A stretch of DNA of 58,331 nucleotides, counting the filler, from Sluysia triapertura (taxonomy: Eukaryota): assembly GCA_046118255.1 (NCBI GenBank). It is 4 parts of 4 records of this genome, joined end to end, with 100 filler letters (N's around TTAATTAATTAA, not from the genome) between each part and the next. Parts side by side here need not be neighbours in the genome. Positions count along the whole stretch, not along the records: positions 1 to 19,358 come from JBJNIA010073165.1; 3 more parts are not named here. One strand, 5' to 3'. Shown in pieces: positions 1 to 13,315 of the stretch. Positions within the stretch are counted from its first letter, which is position 1, and each line of letters begins with the position of its first letter. Both the position numbers and the translations under genes were made by a program. The notes beneath the pieces are model-generated. The model saw only the letters and a program-made list of their open reading frames with translations. It was not told where the DNA came from and did not search any database.

Positions 1-116
1 ATTAAGTAGAGTTTAAAATTTTAATTAAAACAAATTATAAATTATCAAACCAACGATTTTACAATTAAATGTTTTTATCTGTATTTTGTAGAATAGTTCC
101 AAAATATGTTAGATTT

Positions 117-245
117 TTAACTCAGTTCCTTCGTATAAATTTAATGGATTTTAAACTTTATTCTTTTGTGTAAATTTGATGATTTTTCTTTTAACTTTAT
201 TTCTTCGTATAAATTTAATAAAATTTTAACTTCGATCTTTTGTGT
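117..245 (+). repeat. Four degenerate ~36-bp tandem units (TTAACT...CTTCGTATAAATTTAAT alternating with TTAA(A)CTT...CTTTTGTGT), probably inside an LTR
   Basis: Units start near 117, 151, 191 and 226; CTTCGTATAAATTTAAT occurs twice exactly. Confidence 0.55.
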
Positions 246-290
246 GTCTTGTGCATGAATTAATTGCTTATTTATAGTTATTTTATTACT

Positions 291-310
291 ATCACAGTTG
301 GTGCATCCAA
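291..310 (+). mobile_element. Possible LTR 3' end (..ACA) followed by a primer-binding site TGGTGCATCC
   Basis: ATCACA-GT-TGGTGCATCC; the TGG start resembles the complement of a tRNA-Gly 3' end. No partner LTR identified. Confidence 0.3.
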
Positions 311-1221
311 TTTACTGGTTAACATAATCCACCAAATATGCATTGTTAATCGACAAATATGTTTCAGTATAATAATAATAATAATATTAATAATAATATA
401 ATGTCAGTATTATAATAATATTAATAGTAATACTAATAATAATGTAAATAAAACTTTGATAAACTTTGATGTATGATAATTTGTGATTATATATAGACTT
501 TAATTTATGATTATACACCAATTTTTATATTGTAATTACATACCATATGTTATCTTATTGATTTATATATTTATATAATCGTCACAATTTTTTAACATGA
601 TTTGTTAACACAATTTTAACTAACATAATTCATGTTGTTTATTCAAAAGAACCAAATCTTCAAGAATCTTATTTATTTTTCAAACTTATTTGTTAATTTA
701 TTTTTACAAAGCTTGTACCTAATAGGTACTACGTAATTTTCCACTTAAAATCTTTAATTCTTGACAATTAATAGTTCCAACGTAAAGTCAGTAACTACCA
801 AATTAACTTAAGACAGTTAATTTTGCAATTTTAATTATTTCTTACTATAATAATAATCTTGTAATATTATATTGTTCATAATATACCTTATTGATATAAC
901 TTGTTTTTTGTTATTACACATAATTATATAGATATAAAATAAGTAAAATCAGTTTTACATATTGTCGAATTTTATCGACGTCGTAATATATTTTTTTGTG
1001 AATCTTTTGTGAGAAAAGTTAAAGTAAAATAGAATAGAATAAAAAGCCTAGCTTAATGTGAATTCACCAACGTACTGGGCTTACCGGTTAGGGCCAGCCG
1101 TTAGATTTTCTATCAAATATTTTGAAATAAATGGAGGTTCTAATAGCTGTGAGGTTATACTGTTTTTAGAAAGAACTCTTGATGCTTAATTTCTTATTAA
1201 TACAGAAAATTTAATTTAATA

Positions 1222-1337
1222 GATTTTAATAAGGTTCTTACTTCGAACCTGGAGTATTAATATTTTAATGAGGTTCCTAAATTGAACCTTTAACAAACTT
1301 TTAATAATTGATTTTAATAAGGTTCGTACTAGAACCT
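1222..1337. repeat. Array of three hairpin-forming repeats ATTTTAATR-AGGTTC-N6/7-GAACCT
   Basis: Copies at 1222-1250, 1261-1289 and 1310-1337. The stems are identical; the loops differ (TTACTTC, CTAAATT, GTACTA). Confidence 0.75.
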
Positions 1338-4300
1338 ATAATGTTGTCAATAAACAATTCAAATTACGATAAATTTATTACAAAAGAAAAAGGAATGTTA
1401 TACAATCAATATATAATAATATCAATATAATTTAAAAAGATTGTGTAATAAATAATCTTCAATTAAAGAATTTTAAATAAGAAAGTTTAATGTGCTACCT
1501 TGAAATAGTAGCAAAAGTTGAATTAAATATTCAGTATATTTTAGATAGGCAATTTTAAAAATTGCAAAATATTTATTAATAAAAAACTAAAGACAATCGT
1601 AATGACAGCTTAGCTCTTCGGCAACGAGTTGTTAAATATCTTGACGTGGATGGAGTTCAACACGGATCAAATTTTTTTTAAAAAGAATTTTTGTGTATAA
1701 GATTTTTGTGAGATAATGTTCATTTTTTGGAATAAAAATAAATAAAATAATAAATAAATAATTTTTTTAAAATAAAAAATTAATTTAAAATTTTACTAGG
1801 AATAAAATTGTACGTTGTGAAGTGGAGCACCAGAGTGGTGTTTAGTAAATTATCATTTTATAAGGTAGACGTCACTTTCTAAATTATCTAAGCATCTGGT
1901 ATTGAAGATAGTAGGAATTGAAATAGATTCCTTACTCTGTCAATCTGGTATTGAGGTTGAAATAAACCTTAGTCATTCTTCTGAATCACTGAATTATATA
2001 AATGTATAAATAAATACAATAAAATTAATTAGGTTGTACTTATGAATAACCTCTTGAGTTTGTTGTAAAGGATGGGTATCAGCTAACTGCTTTAATTCAA
2101 ATAAAAACAAATTTTTAATAAATTTCTAATCATGCATGACATTTTGCAATGCTAATTTATTATCAGGAATGCTTCAACAGCTTTACCTTTCAAATGGAAT
2201 TGGAATTTTTATTTATTGGAATTTTAATTTTATTGCATTGATCCACTCAAAATATCTAATACAAAGCACTTACCAGCCCAACACATCACATTCCTTACAA
2301 CTTCTCGCGTTATTTCTTCAATACTTTATTCATATATTTCGACATCAGTTTGCATAAATGTTATTATGGTCTAAATGCATGTATTTTAAACCGCATACAT
2401 TTCCTACCTTCTACAATCCAAATAAATAAGTGATTGTAACTTTGTTCATAATCTAGTCTATAAATTAACATGACAAATCAAAACACTTTAGTAAAATTTT
2501 TTTCGACTATAAATTATAATTCTTAATGCATTATAATGTACTTTCAAATTCTTACGATGAAAGAGATCAATTCAATACACGACACCTTTTTAAAACCCTC
2601 AACCTTTCATATATTCTACACTCTTTCATAACCGATTACATACAATACATTTATAACAGTTATATCCTAAAGATATATATGCTTTATGTTTATTAATTCC
2701 AAAAGATATTCAGTAATACATCAAATATATAATAATACTAATAAATCAAAATATTAATAATTATTATTATCATTTTCATCATAGTAATTGTAATATTTTT
2801 ATCATCGTCATCATCAGCATCACCTTCTGCACACTATGTCGAATGTTAGTTAATTTGAAATTCATTGGCAACATATTATTAACAATATTTTTCGCCTTTT
2901 TCATTTTAATCATTTGGTTTTTAATTTGATATAAGAATGTGCATAACATTATTTAAATCAAATCAATTTAAAGTAATGTTCAATTGTGATGGCCGGGTTG
3001 ATTTTGAACATTGCGCGTATAAAGTTCGTATAGATTTAAAAACTTTATTATTATAAAAAGAGTTGCTAAACTTAGGCTTAAGGCCCGCTCCAAATTTTAA
3101 AGTTCTATTATCACAATCGATTTTATGAAATGTGGACTTAAAGTCCTTTTCATTATTCAAATTTGATAAATTAATATTACTAAAATTCGGCTTAATGCCT
3201 TGTACATTGTAAAAATATTGAAATTTGGGTCCACAGCAAAAGACGAGCAAAGTTTTGACTTGCATTTAAGATAAAACTTGATCACACATGAAATTCTTAT
3301 AGCTAAAAAGTCATTAAAGTCTTTTGGTTGAATAAAGAGTATAAATTCCAATCTCTCGATCTAGTATTGTAAAGATTAAAAGAATATAACCTAAAGTTTC
3401 CAAATAAAAATTTATGACGTGAGCTGTTTCACGATAGTACATAAAAATAAGTTCACACGACTTAAAAGCATTGTAACGAAGAGATGGATTGAAAATACTG
3501 TCGTAGAAAATTGCCAATTTCTTTTGAATAATTCGAAAAACATACTACGTAATTCAACTATACCTTAAAGTTATCCAGTGTATCCATGAAATTGATTGTG
3601 AAATTCGAAAACGTGCTGAAATTACCCTAAGTTTTAACAAAGATTTAATAGACTTATAGAAATTATATATTTATATTATTTGAAATGTAAAAACATTAAT
3701 GCGTTGTGGATCATACCTACGATGTAAAATTACGCGCTTTATAAATTACTATAAGTTAATTATTAGCCAAAATGGTCTGTCAGAAGATAATTTAACGAAA
3801 CTCTTGGTTATCATATAGACTAAGCAATGGACTTAGCGTTATAGAAAAGCTCTCTAAAGTCGTAATGAAATATAAACTAGATATATTCTAATTGATAGAA
3901 GTGTAAGAACCATAAATTAACATGTAAACTATTTTAACGATGAGATAATATACTTTAACTCAAGAAGAATTCAAGGAAATATTAAATGTTACTTGCGCAA
4001 AGGATAAATTAATAGAATCTTTTTGTCGAGGCACTTATTCCTAATAATAATTCGTCTTTTTTACTATCTCATTAGGTACTTCTTACGCGCAATTTCTGCT
4101 AGAAGTTTCCATGTTTTATCGGTGAAATATATTTTCTTAGTCTACCGATCCCTTCCAAGACATACTTTCTGAGTATTCTCTAAAATCTCACAGAAAAGGA
4201 ATCATTTACATTACATACCTTTCATAAATATTAGCGTACACTTCGTACTCATTAACAAAACTTACTACTATATGGAAAAAATTGTTCAAGTAATCACAAA

Positions 4301-5504
4301 ATTATGTAGCATGTATATATTTAATTAGAGTAAAATAGAGAAATTATGAAAAATTAGAAAAAATATTTCCTATTATTTAATTTCAGTGAAAAATACTGAA
4401 AAATAGTATTTTTCTATAATAATAATGTTAAGTTGAAGACATCACGATCTCATTTGAGAAATAATAATAATCAAAATAATAATTTTTAAATTTTGCTTAA
4501 ATTATTTACTTACAAAAGTAAATAAATATTAAAAATAAAGAATTTATAAAAATAAAATAATTATTTACAAAAATGAGTTAGTAATAGATATTAATTTTAC
4601 TTAAAAAATTAATAATAATAAAAATTGGCATACAAACGAAATATTGATTGGATACGAATCATTATAAATACAGATTCTTTTCAGTCGTTATTTTACAATT
4701 TATAACCACATGATATTTTATTTCATAAATTCATCAATTGTTATTGTTAAATATTTGAATTTAAAATTTGACATCAGTGCTTTCCAAGGAATTTAGCGAT
4801 TTTATTCTTTAATTTTACATAAGTTTAATAATTCATAAGTAGTTTCATGCAGTGAATCGTAAAATATATTAATATCAGTTTATTTCGCCAGATTTAAGGG
4901 GATTAAAATCCATCTCAATTATTAATTTAAACTATTAAATACTTTTAGCTTTAATCAATTAAAACATTTGTATTCTTTTTGTATTAACATTCTGTTTGTC
5001 TATAATTTATATTTATTGTTGGTTAACGACTTATTTATTATTAGAAAAAAAGTTTTGGATATTTGTGATATAAACATTTAATAAATTTCTGTTATTGTAT
5101 AATAACAAAAGTTTTAAATTGTTGTGAGTAATTTCACGTAAATAATAATTTGTTCTAGTTATTAACTTCTAAAGTGGGATAAGTATTCAGTTTAGAATCT
5201 TAAATTTAAGTAAAGTATAGAGTCATTATACTATGATATATTAAGTTATACAACGATTAGTTAAGTGCAAATTTAGTTAAATTAGTTACAAGCACTCCTA
5301 CTGCACATTTTAAATCGTGTACTGTAACCGAATCCTGACAAATTTTATTTTGCTGAATGTTGAGAATAAATAACGCAGCAATAAGATTATTAATTATAAT
5401 TAGTTAAATTTTACAATTACAATTAGTAACACAGTTTGTTTGTCATATACATAATATTGAATATTTCTCTTCGTTCAGAAAATTAATATTTTATGTAACA
5501 TTAA

Positions 5505-5734
5505 CCCTTACGCTGCGCAACACGTTTTGAAATTTTGAGACTGCTGTGCGCATATATTTCAGTGGTTGCGAGTTTATTTGTGTTGAGCAGTTTGTATTCC
5601 ATCCGTATGCAATATATGGCGTAAATAGTCGTATGTTGAACAGGAAACAATTTTAACATATGATGCGAAAATACTCACTTGGAGCGTATGAGACATTATT
5701 TTTAAGAATATATGCGTGTAGAGCAGCGAAAGGG
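5505..5734. mobile_element. piggyBac-type MITE (230 bp)
   Basis: TTAA on both flanks (5501-5504, 5735-5738). TIRs CCCTTACGCTGCGCAACACG and revcomp CCCTTTCGCTGCTCTACACG match 17/20. CCC...GGG termini; no ORF. Confidence 0.88.
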
Positions 5735-6294
5735 TTAATTAATAATGTTTTGACATTCGATTTTTTGGAATATAATTATAATTATTTAATTATTCAATTA
5801 TAATTTTTAATAGATGTAAAATTGCTATACAATTGGTAATATTTTTGATTTTCAATTGTTATTGTTGGTATTACATTTTCACATTGCTATAAATTTAATT
5901 AATTAATATATTTTTAGACTTTATCCATTTTATGCTTTAAATTTCATTAGGTTCTAAAGTTGTCTAGTGCTTCATAAGACATTCAGGGGATCTAGGTGCT
6001 TCCAAATTCACTTTTCCTACTTTTTATCTTCTGTTCTAAATATAAACACATCAATTTTGTCTGGGATATTATCAGAAATAATTTTATTTCACATGTACTT
6101 TAAAGATTGCAAATACTTTACAAGGTTTCTCAAAGGTCTTAAACGCTTTATGAAGACTTTAAAGATTCTTAAATTCGTGTAAGATTTTAAATATTCAAGG
6201 GCCCTTTAATGCTTAGAAATGTTTATAGGATAGTCTTAAGTTTCCCAATGGTCTCAGAAAATTCTAAGACATTCTTCTAAATTGACTAAATGAC

Positions 6295-6337
<43 letters not shown>
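6295..6337. repeat. (TA)n(TG)n compound microsatellite
   Basis: Directly visible. Confidence 0.95.
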
Positions 6338-7448
6338 AAATATAGATAAATTGTTATAGATTGGAAATAAAGTAAATTGTTATATAATGTAGAAAAGTGT
6401 ACATGAACAATAAAACGATAAAATTCTTTGAATATTATGTGAGTTCCGACTAGTTCCGACTAGTCCATAGGATTTTAAAGAGTAATAGTGACGTGAACTT
6501 ACTGGAGGTAAATAAAGTTGTGGTTAATTAAAGTTTATCTCTATGCAAGTATTCGAACTTATTTCTCTATTGTTTGTTATTTTTCTAAATTCGAATAAAA
6601 ATAAAATTAGATTAGTTATTTTACTAAGGTTATGTTTAAGTAGAACCTGCAAACAAGGATTTTATTGAGATTCCTTCTAAATAGAACCTTTTTATAAATT
6701 TAACTACAATAACAATTTTATTATGGTTAAAAGCTAGGTAAGTATAAAATAAATTTATGATTTAAGTTGGTAATTCGTTTATTACGGCTTTGGGTAATTT
6801 TACTCAGGATCTTCTTAAATGGATCTTTTCAAACTACATTAAGTTAACTGTTAATATTTTGAATGATTACAAAAAATCAACACTACAATTTAATACATAT
6901 TCAATTTAAATAAACTTTAAATTTTACTGTTTAATATAAAAATGTTTCTTAATGAGATTATAATAACTTATAACATTTTATGAAGATTATCAGTGATAAA
7001 TTTCAAAGAAAAATTTACTTTGTAACTATCTTACACAGTTGTGAAAAATATTAAATTAGAGTTTAAGTAGATTTTATCACCACTAAATTAAACTAGTGGC
7101 AGCGTTAATAAAATAAAACTAACGAGTTTTGTTAAAAAGCTATAATATCAAGAGTTAGTTAAGACAGTCTTTTAACCGAAATGAATTTCTTTTGAAATAA
7201 AGTTTCAAATCAGATTAACTTGTTTATGTTTTTCTTTTTATAGTTAAATTATGACCTTGAATGTAAGAAAAATAAGTAATTTAATTATATAATTTATATT
7301 TTATAATTTCATATTACTAAATTTTATTATTACAATACTAATCATTTTTAATTTTATTATTTTTACAATTAATAAAATACCATCTTTTAAATCAAGTAAA
7401 ATACATAGTAATCAAAAATCCATAAATTATGTAACATAGATAACTTTA

Positions 7449-7772
7449 TAGGTTTTGCAAATACAGTTTGCAAAGTACCGAAAATGTATACCCGGTAAAT
7501 TACGGTCAGAAAAATTCAATTCCGGTTTTTACCTGTTTTTTTACCCATTACCGAGCACTTTTATAAATAAAGTTCCTACTGGACTTTTGTATAAATTGTT
7601 TTCTGTTATGCACACTAAATATTTTTTAAGTAAATAAACTAACTTAAATGTAGTAATAAGACCAAAAAAATATATAAACTGTTATATTTAGTGCTTAAAA
7701 TGTATTTTTCGCCTGTTTAAAGAATAACAGTTCTTCAGAAGTTTTTCTTTATTTCTCAATATTTGCAAAGTA
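7449..7772. mobile_element. Degenerate hAT-like non-autonomous element
   Basis: Left end TAGGTTTTGCAAATA; right end revcomp TACTTTGCAAATA. Clustered ACCG/CGGT subterminal motifs at 7477-7553. The 8-bp flanks TAACTTTA and TGACTTCG differ only by transitions. Confidence 0.45.
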
Positions 7773-7789
7773 TGACTTCGAAAAGGTCA

Positions 7790-10150
7790 AAACATCTAGT
7801 GTTTTGGGCTATAACCGAATTAGATAAAACAGATATTATCAAACACTATATTCCCTTAGATAATGAAACACCAATTAAGCAAAAACCTTATAGATTAGCC
7901 TATCTCTACGAGACGAGGTTCAAAATCAAATTAAAGAGATGAAAGACATGTGATACGGAATAGTTTCTCTCCTTGGACATCACCTATAGTGTTGATTAAG
8001 AAAAAGGATGGTAAATATAGATTTTGTTTAGATTATAGACACTAAATGTCGTTACGAAAAAAGATACTTTTCTATTACCACGAATTGACGAAATGTTAAA
8101 TAAGTAAAACAATTCAGAATACTTTACGTCAATTGATTTACAAAGTGGTTACTGGCAAATACAAATTGTTGAAAAAGATAAACAAAAAACAGCAATTATA
8201 ACTTACAATGGACTATACGAATTTATTGTGCTTCCATTTGGCTTAACAGAAGGACCAACTACATTTCAAAGATGTATGAACTATATTTTAATGGATGTCT
8301 CATGCTATGGTATATATTGATGACATATAAATATATTCAAAAACTTTTGAAGAACATTTAAATGACATCAGTGAAGTATTACAACAATTGGATTTTGCGG
8401 ATTAAGAATTAAATTATCTAAATGTGAATGAGCAAAATCTAGTGTATCGTTTCTTGGTCATACAGTATCAGCTAAAGGGATTCAACCAGATCTCTTTAAT
8501 GTACTCCTATTAAAGTATAATTATTACAATGATTTTTAGGATTAGCAGGATACTACAGAAAATTTATTGAATATTTTGCAAAAATTGCGCACCATTAAAT
8601 TTATTAATTAAAAGGATCCAAACTTTGGTGAAAGAAACAACAAGAAGCATTTGAAACTTTTAAACGAAAATAAATATCTCATCCTGTTTTAAGATTTACA
8701 GATATGAATTTATCATTTATTATTATGACAGACGCTAGCGGTTATACTATAGGATCAGTGTTAGGACAAAAAAGAAAAGAAAATGAAAAAGATTATGTTA
8801 TTGCTTAAACCACATGCAATTAATTATTCAGTATTTCAAAAGAAGCTTTAGCGATTGTTTTTGTGGTTAAACAATTCAATCTTTATATTTATTTACTGAT
8901 CAACGCCCACTACAATGGCTTGTGACACAAAGGCACATCGAATCGGTTAATGCGATAGTCCATCTTATTACAAGAGTACGATTCGAAATAAAATATAGAC
9001 AAGAAAAGTCTAATGCAAACACTGATTTTTTATCCAGAATAGATGAGGACAAATGTCTGGCAACTTTTATAGCATGTTTTAATAAAAATTGATTAGTAAG
9101 GGAGGAACAGAAAGATGAAAAATTAAAAATTATTAGACAGGATAAAAGATTATTCAAGAAATCAAAGGGTAACCCATATCTATAGTAAAATGATATATTA
9201 ATATATAATATAAAAGGAAAGTTATTTTTAAGAATAATATTTTTTACGAATATCATAATGCAAAATTAGGTCATTTATCAGTTAAAAAGACTTCGACTGC
9301 AATAATGAAAAGATATTATTGGAAAGATATAAAACTAGATGTTAAAAACTGGTATAGTAACTGTGAAACCTGTTTACGAAGAAAAAATAAACAAATACAT
9401 AAAACTTACCTTAAACAAATTCAAGCTATCTCAGGACCAATGGAAATAGCTTCCATGGATGTAATAGGTCCATTATGTGAAACTATAAAAAGAAATAAAT
9501 ATAGAGATTAGTATTTTCAGATTATTTTACTAAATTGCCTGAAACAAAAGGGATACCTGATCAAAAAGCATTCACGATAGAAAAAAATTTTATAGATGAA
9601 ATTATTTTCATGTATGGCCACCTAAAAAATTAATTACTGATCAAGGTACTAATTTTACCAGTGAAATACTGGTAGAAGTATCTAACTTTTTAACATTAAA
9701 ACATCTGCTTACCACCCACAAAGTTATGTAATCGTACATTAATACAAATGCTACCTGCATATACTAAAACAATTGAGATGAATTTATTGCACCTTTTTTA
9801 TTTGCATACCGCAATGTAGTACATGAAGCTACTAAAGAATCATCATTTTATTTAATTTATCTTCGATAAACTAGATTATTTATCAAAATATTTAGAAGAC
9901 AATTATTTAGAGATAATAAAGGAAAGAATGAAAGAGGTATGGAAAAGAGCTAAATTGAATATAAAGTTTTACCAGGAATCCTATAAGCATTAAGAGAGTA
10001 TAGTATAACTTAGTAGAATTTAAAGAGTGATTGAATATTATTATATAACCCATTACATAAAAAATGTTTAAGTAATAAATTCTACAAACCTTATGATGGT
10101 CCATATATCGTTGAAGATACCACCGAACAAAACCTGAAAATAAAATTATA
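7790..10150 (+). mobile_element. pol: Decayed Ty3/Gypsy LTR-retrotransposon pol (RT, RNase H, integrase with GPY motif)
   Basis: RT motifs: [70 protein letters not shown] (~8313). RNase H: TDASGYTIGSVLGQ (~8728), KEALAIVF, TDQRPLQWL. Integrase: LGHLS, CETC, MDVIGPL, ITDQGTNFTS, PYDGPY (~10090). The RT-RH-IN order is diagnostic of Gypsy. Many stops and frameshifts. Confidence 0.96.
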
Positions 10151-10253
10151 AAAAGAAAAAATGTAAATCTGTAATAATTCTAATAATTCTGAAGAAATAT
10201 ACCAAAATGAGATAATTAACAATGTTTTAAAAGCACCTAATATATCTAAATTA

Positions 10254-10840
10254 ATGACAATCTTAATAATGTGCATATATATTATGATCACTTGGGCAAG
10301 AGATGGTACTCATATTGAAGACTGGATATTTAATTCATATATCATACGTAAAAATTAAACCTAAATTTACTGTTAATGACAGTTATCTTTATAATACAGC
10401 ATGCCAAAATAAATATGACATGCACCATGCAATGTATAGTGAAAATGAAAGTCTATTTTCATGCATTAATCTGAATCCCAACACAAATTATACAGTTTTT
10501 ATAAAGGTTGGAAATAAAACATCAAAAACTAACCAAGAAATGTATCCTGTTTTGCAAGTACTTACATATGCAGAATCTAACATTTGTAATGAGTCATTTA
10601 TATAAGTTAACGTAGTATTTAAACTACATATTATTATAACTTAAAACATGGACAAAAATTTATTATTTTATTAGAATTATATTTGTCTTTCAAATATGAA
10701 CCAAATAATTAACATTGAAGTATTTCCATTAACAAAAGATTTATTTTATGAAGATAGAAAATTATTAATAGCTTAAATAGCAGATCGTTGTACTTGAAAA
10801 TACTGTCAGGCCAGATTATTCTTATAGTTCCTAAAATATA
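10254..10840 (+). pseudogene. Env-position ORF relic after the Gypsy integrase: signal-peptide-like segment plus fibronectin type III-like domain
   Basis: ATG at 10254 gives MTILIMCIYIMITWA|RDGTHIEDW. After a frameshift, ORF 10303-10605 contains SCINLNPNTNYTVFIKV (FN3 L.P.T.Y.V.V pattern) and several N-x-S/T sequons. Confidence 0.5.
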
Positions 10841-12380
10841 AAATAATAACAATAATAATAATTAATCATACTTACCTTATTTGACCTTAAATTTCTAAAA
10901 ATAAATAAATATTAATAATAAGCTTACTGATACATTTTCTCTTCATTGATTGGAAATCTAAAAATATAAAAATTAATTATTAATCATTGCTTACTGGTGA
11001 TATAATAGACCATTGAGTTCACAAGAAAATTAATTAATCGTCTGAAAAATAAAAAAGGAGTTTACTTGGCAGATTGATTGTAACGCAATTCTGTGGTGAT
11101 AATTAGAATTTCTACGTGGCAGATTAATTAACTTGGTAGATTAATTATGATTTGGTAACGCGATTTCATCGGCGATAATTGGAGCTTATCTTCTAATTGA
11201 TTAATTAGCATACGACCGATTTCCTGAACGATTAACAAAAATCTTATTTAAATTTATTAAAAGTTTTCCGAAGAAATATCAGTAAGCTTTTTATGTTAAG
11301 GCTAATCTCTGTTAGTAGATAAAATATTACCACTTAAAATCTAAAAGTACACGTTTAGTTTTCCACTAAGCATAAAATCGTCTTTTAAAATATTTCATTA
11401 TTGTTTTAGAAATATATTATTATAATTATAATAATAGTTTATTTTACCTTTATTATCTTGCTTAATTGGTATTTCTGGTTATATTTTTCTTTTAATAATA
11501 TATTTATTAGTTTTTCAATGTCTTTTTGCTTGAAATGATTAATTTAAAGATATAAGTAAGTTATATAATTGAAGAATAAAATAGACGTAGTTAAGAAGTA
11601 AATTTTTGTAAAGAGTATACATTTATCGCAATAATAAAGTTGAAGTTATAATATTTAAGTTGGGATAGTAAAAAGTTGTTATGGGATCATATTTACTAAT
11701 AAATAAATAGAGTAAGTAATTAGACAAAGAAATATAAATTAGTGTAGTTTTGAATATAATCTTTTAGAAATTAAAGAAAAGATTTCTAAGTAATTTGTTC
11801 TCATAATTTTGTTATTTCTACGAAAAAGAAGAATATATCCTTTGTACATATTTTAATTGTAAGAAAAGTTTTTAGTTTAGTTTTTGAGTCTGTGTGCTGT
11901 TACTTACGAGTGCGTCTCCTTGTGATTAAAGCGTACATCGTAAGCGGACCTTTAACATTAAGTAATCAATTTGCAGAGTATAAGAAAATACTAGCAATAC
12001 GATATAAAAATTATGTATATCGCAGTAAATTGTCGAATAAAGTTTATTATACATCAAACTTTTAAATTCAACAATAAATATAACTACTATGAATTACTCA
12101 AAAGTGCATGCGACGATTTGCTACATGCATAATTTTACAACCACAGTTATAGGATTACGTATAATGATGTTAGTTATAGCAATAGGAGTATTGATAATGT
12201 TAGGGTTTATTTTATTTTATAATTATAGTTCTAAAAATAGATTCGAAAGATATATTACGGTATGTTTACAAAACCTGCTTCCAGACAATAGAATCTTGCG
12301 TTTAAATTTTACTACTTACTAACATTATTAATATTTTTTCTTAATTTTTTTACGTTTACATCTATAAAAGAATTACTATA

Positions 12381-12553
12381 CGATTTATAATTTATAAATT
12401 ATGATTTATAATTTATAGTGTATAATTTATGATTTCTAGTTTTTGATTTATGATTTATAATTTACAATTTACGATTTGTGGTTTATAATTTATAAGTTTT
12501 AGTTTATGATTTATAGTCTGTGATTTATTATTTATAAGTTACGATTTATGATT
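12381..12553 (+). repeat. Degenerate 7-bp tandem repeat (RATTTAT)n
   Basis: More than 20 consecutive GATTTAT/AATTTAT-like units. Confidence 0.85.
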
Positions 12554-12821
12554 CATTTTATACCGGAGGTGAACAACATCAATAGTACTTTTTACTGGAA
12601 ATAATTTTTGAACATTTTATGACTAATTTATACTTGAGACGAATCTTATTTTGTTACATTTTATTGGTGAACTATTTTATTCTAACATTTTAATGAGCAT
12701 TGTATTAATGTTCCTATTAGGATTTATTAAAATTGGACACACAATATAAGTTCATTTGTTTCAAAGTGCTTAGCATCTTAAATTATAATATTTGCGTATT
12801 GTAAATTTAGTTATTTAAAAA

Positions 12822-13315
12822 ATGGAGTTTAAGTTTTAATCATTTATGGGTTTTACGAAATTTCAGTTACATGTTTAAAATTTTAACAATAGGTAATTCA
12901 TCAATCGATAAAAAATTGTTTTTATTTTGATATACTGATGACAATTTTACTTCGGCGTAGGTATTGATTTTAAAGTTAAGACAGTAGTTAAAAATGATAA
13001 AAGAATAAAATTAAAAATGGGATACAACAGGATAAATAACGAAGGCTTATTATCGTGGTGCTGTGGGATTTATTTTGATGTACGATATCTCAAATGAAGA
13101 TTCATTGAATTCTGCTTATTCATGGGATAACGCACAATGATCGAGTCAGTTTTACAGGTAGAGGCTATCATTTGGAAAATCAGCTTTGTTTGGAGTTCTT
13201 GGGAACATCAGCGAAGACCGTATTCGAAATACTTGTATGTATTATTTGTGATAAAATGAGTGGATGTTTGTATTTAGATTTGAAACTTCAACAGAAACAA
13301 AACTGTCAGGCGAAT
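12822..13315 (+). pseudogene. RAB3: Rab3 small GTPase pseudogene (no introns seen, multiple internal deletions)
   Basis: [102 protein letters not shown] and IICDKMS are Rab3-specific. Stops and frameshifts present. Confidence 0.92.

Noticed and set aside
1222-1337. CRISPR-like appearance of the hairpin array
   Set aside because: Only three units, internal variation, unequal short spacers, no cas genes, eukaryotic context.
1600-4050. Exon-like fragments and short ORFs (2136-2357, 2963-3517, 3700-4040)
   Set aside because: Probably decayed genes, but no family or consistent frame could be established.
6336-7440. 5' LTR and gag of the Gypsy element
   Set aside because: The region looks LTR/UTR-like, but no matching 3' LTR, PBS or gag motifs could be identified.
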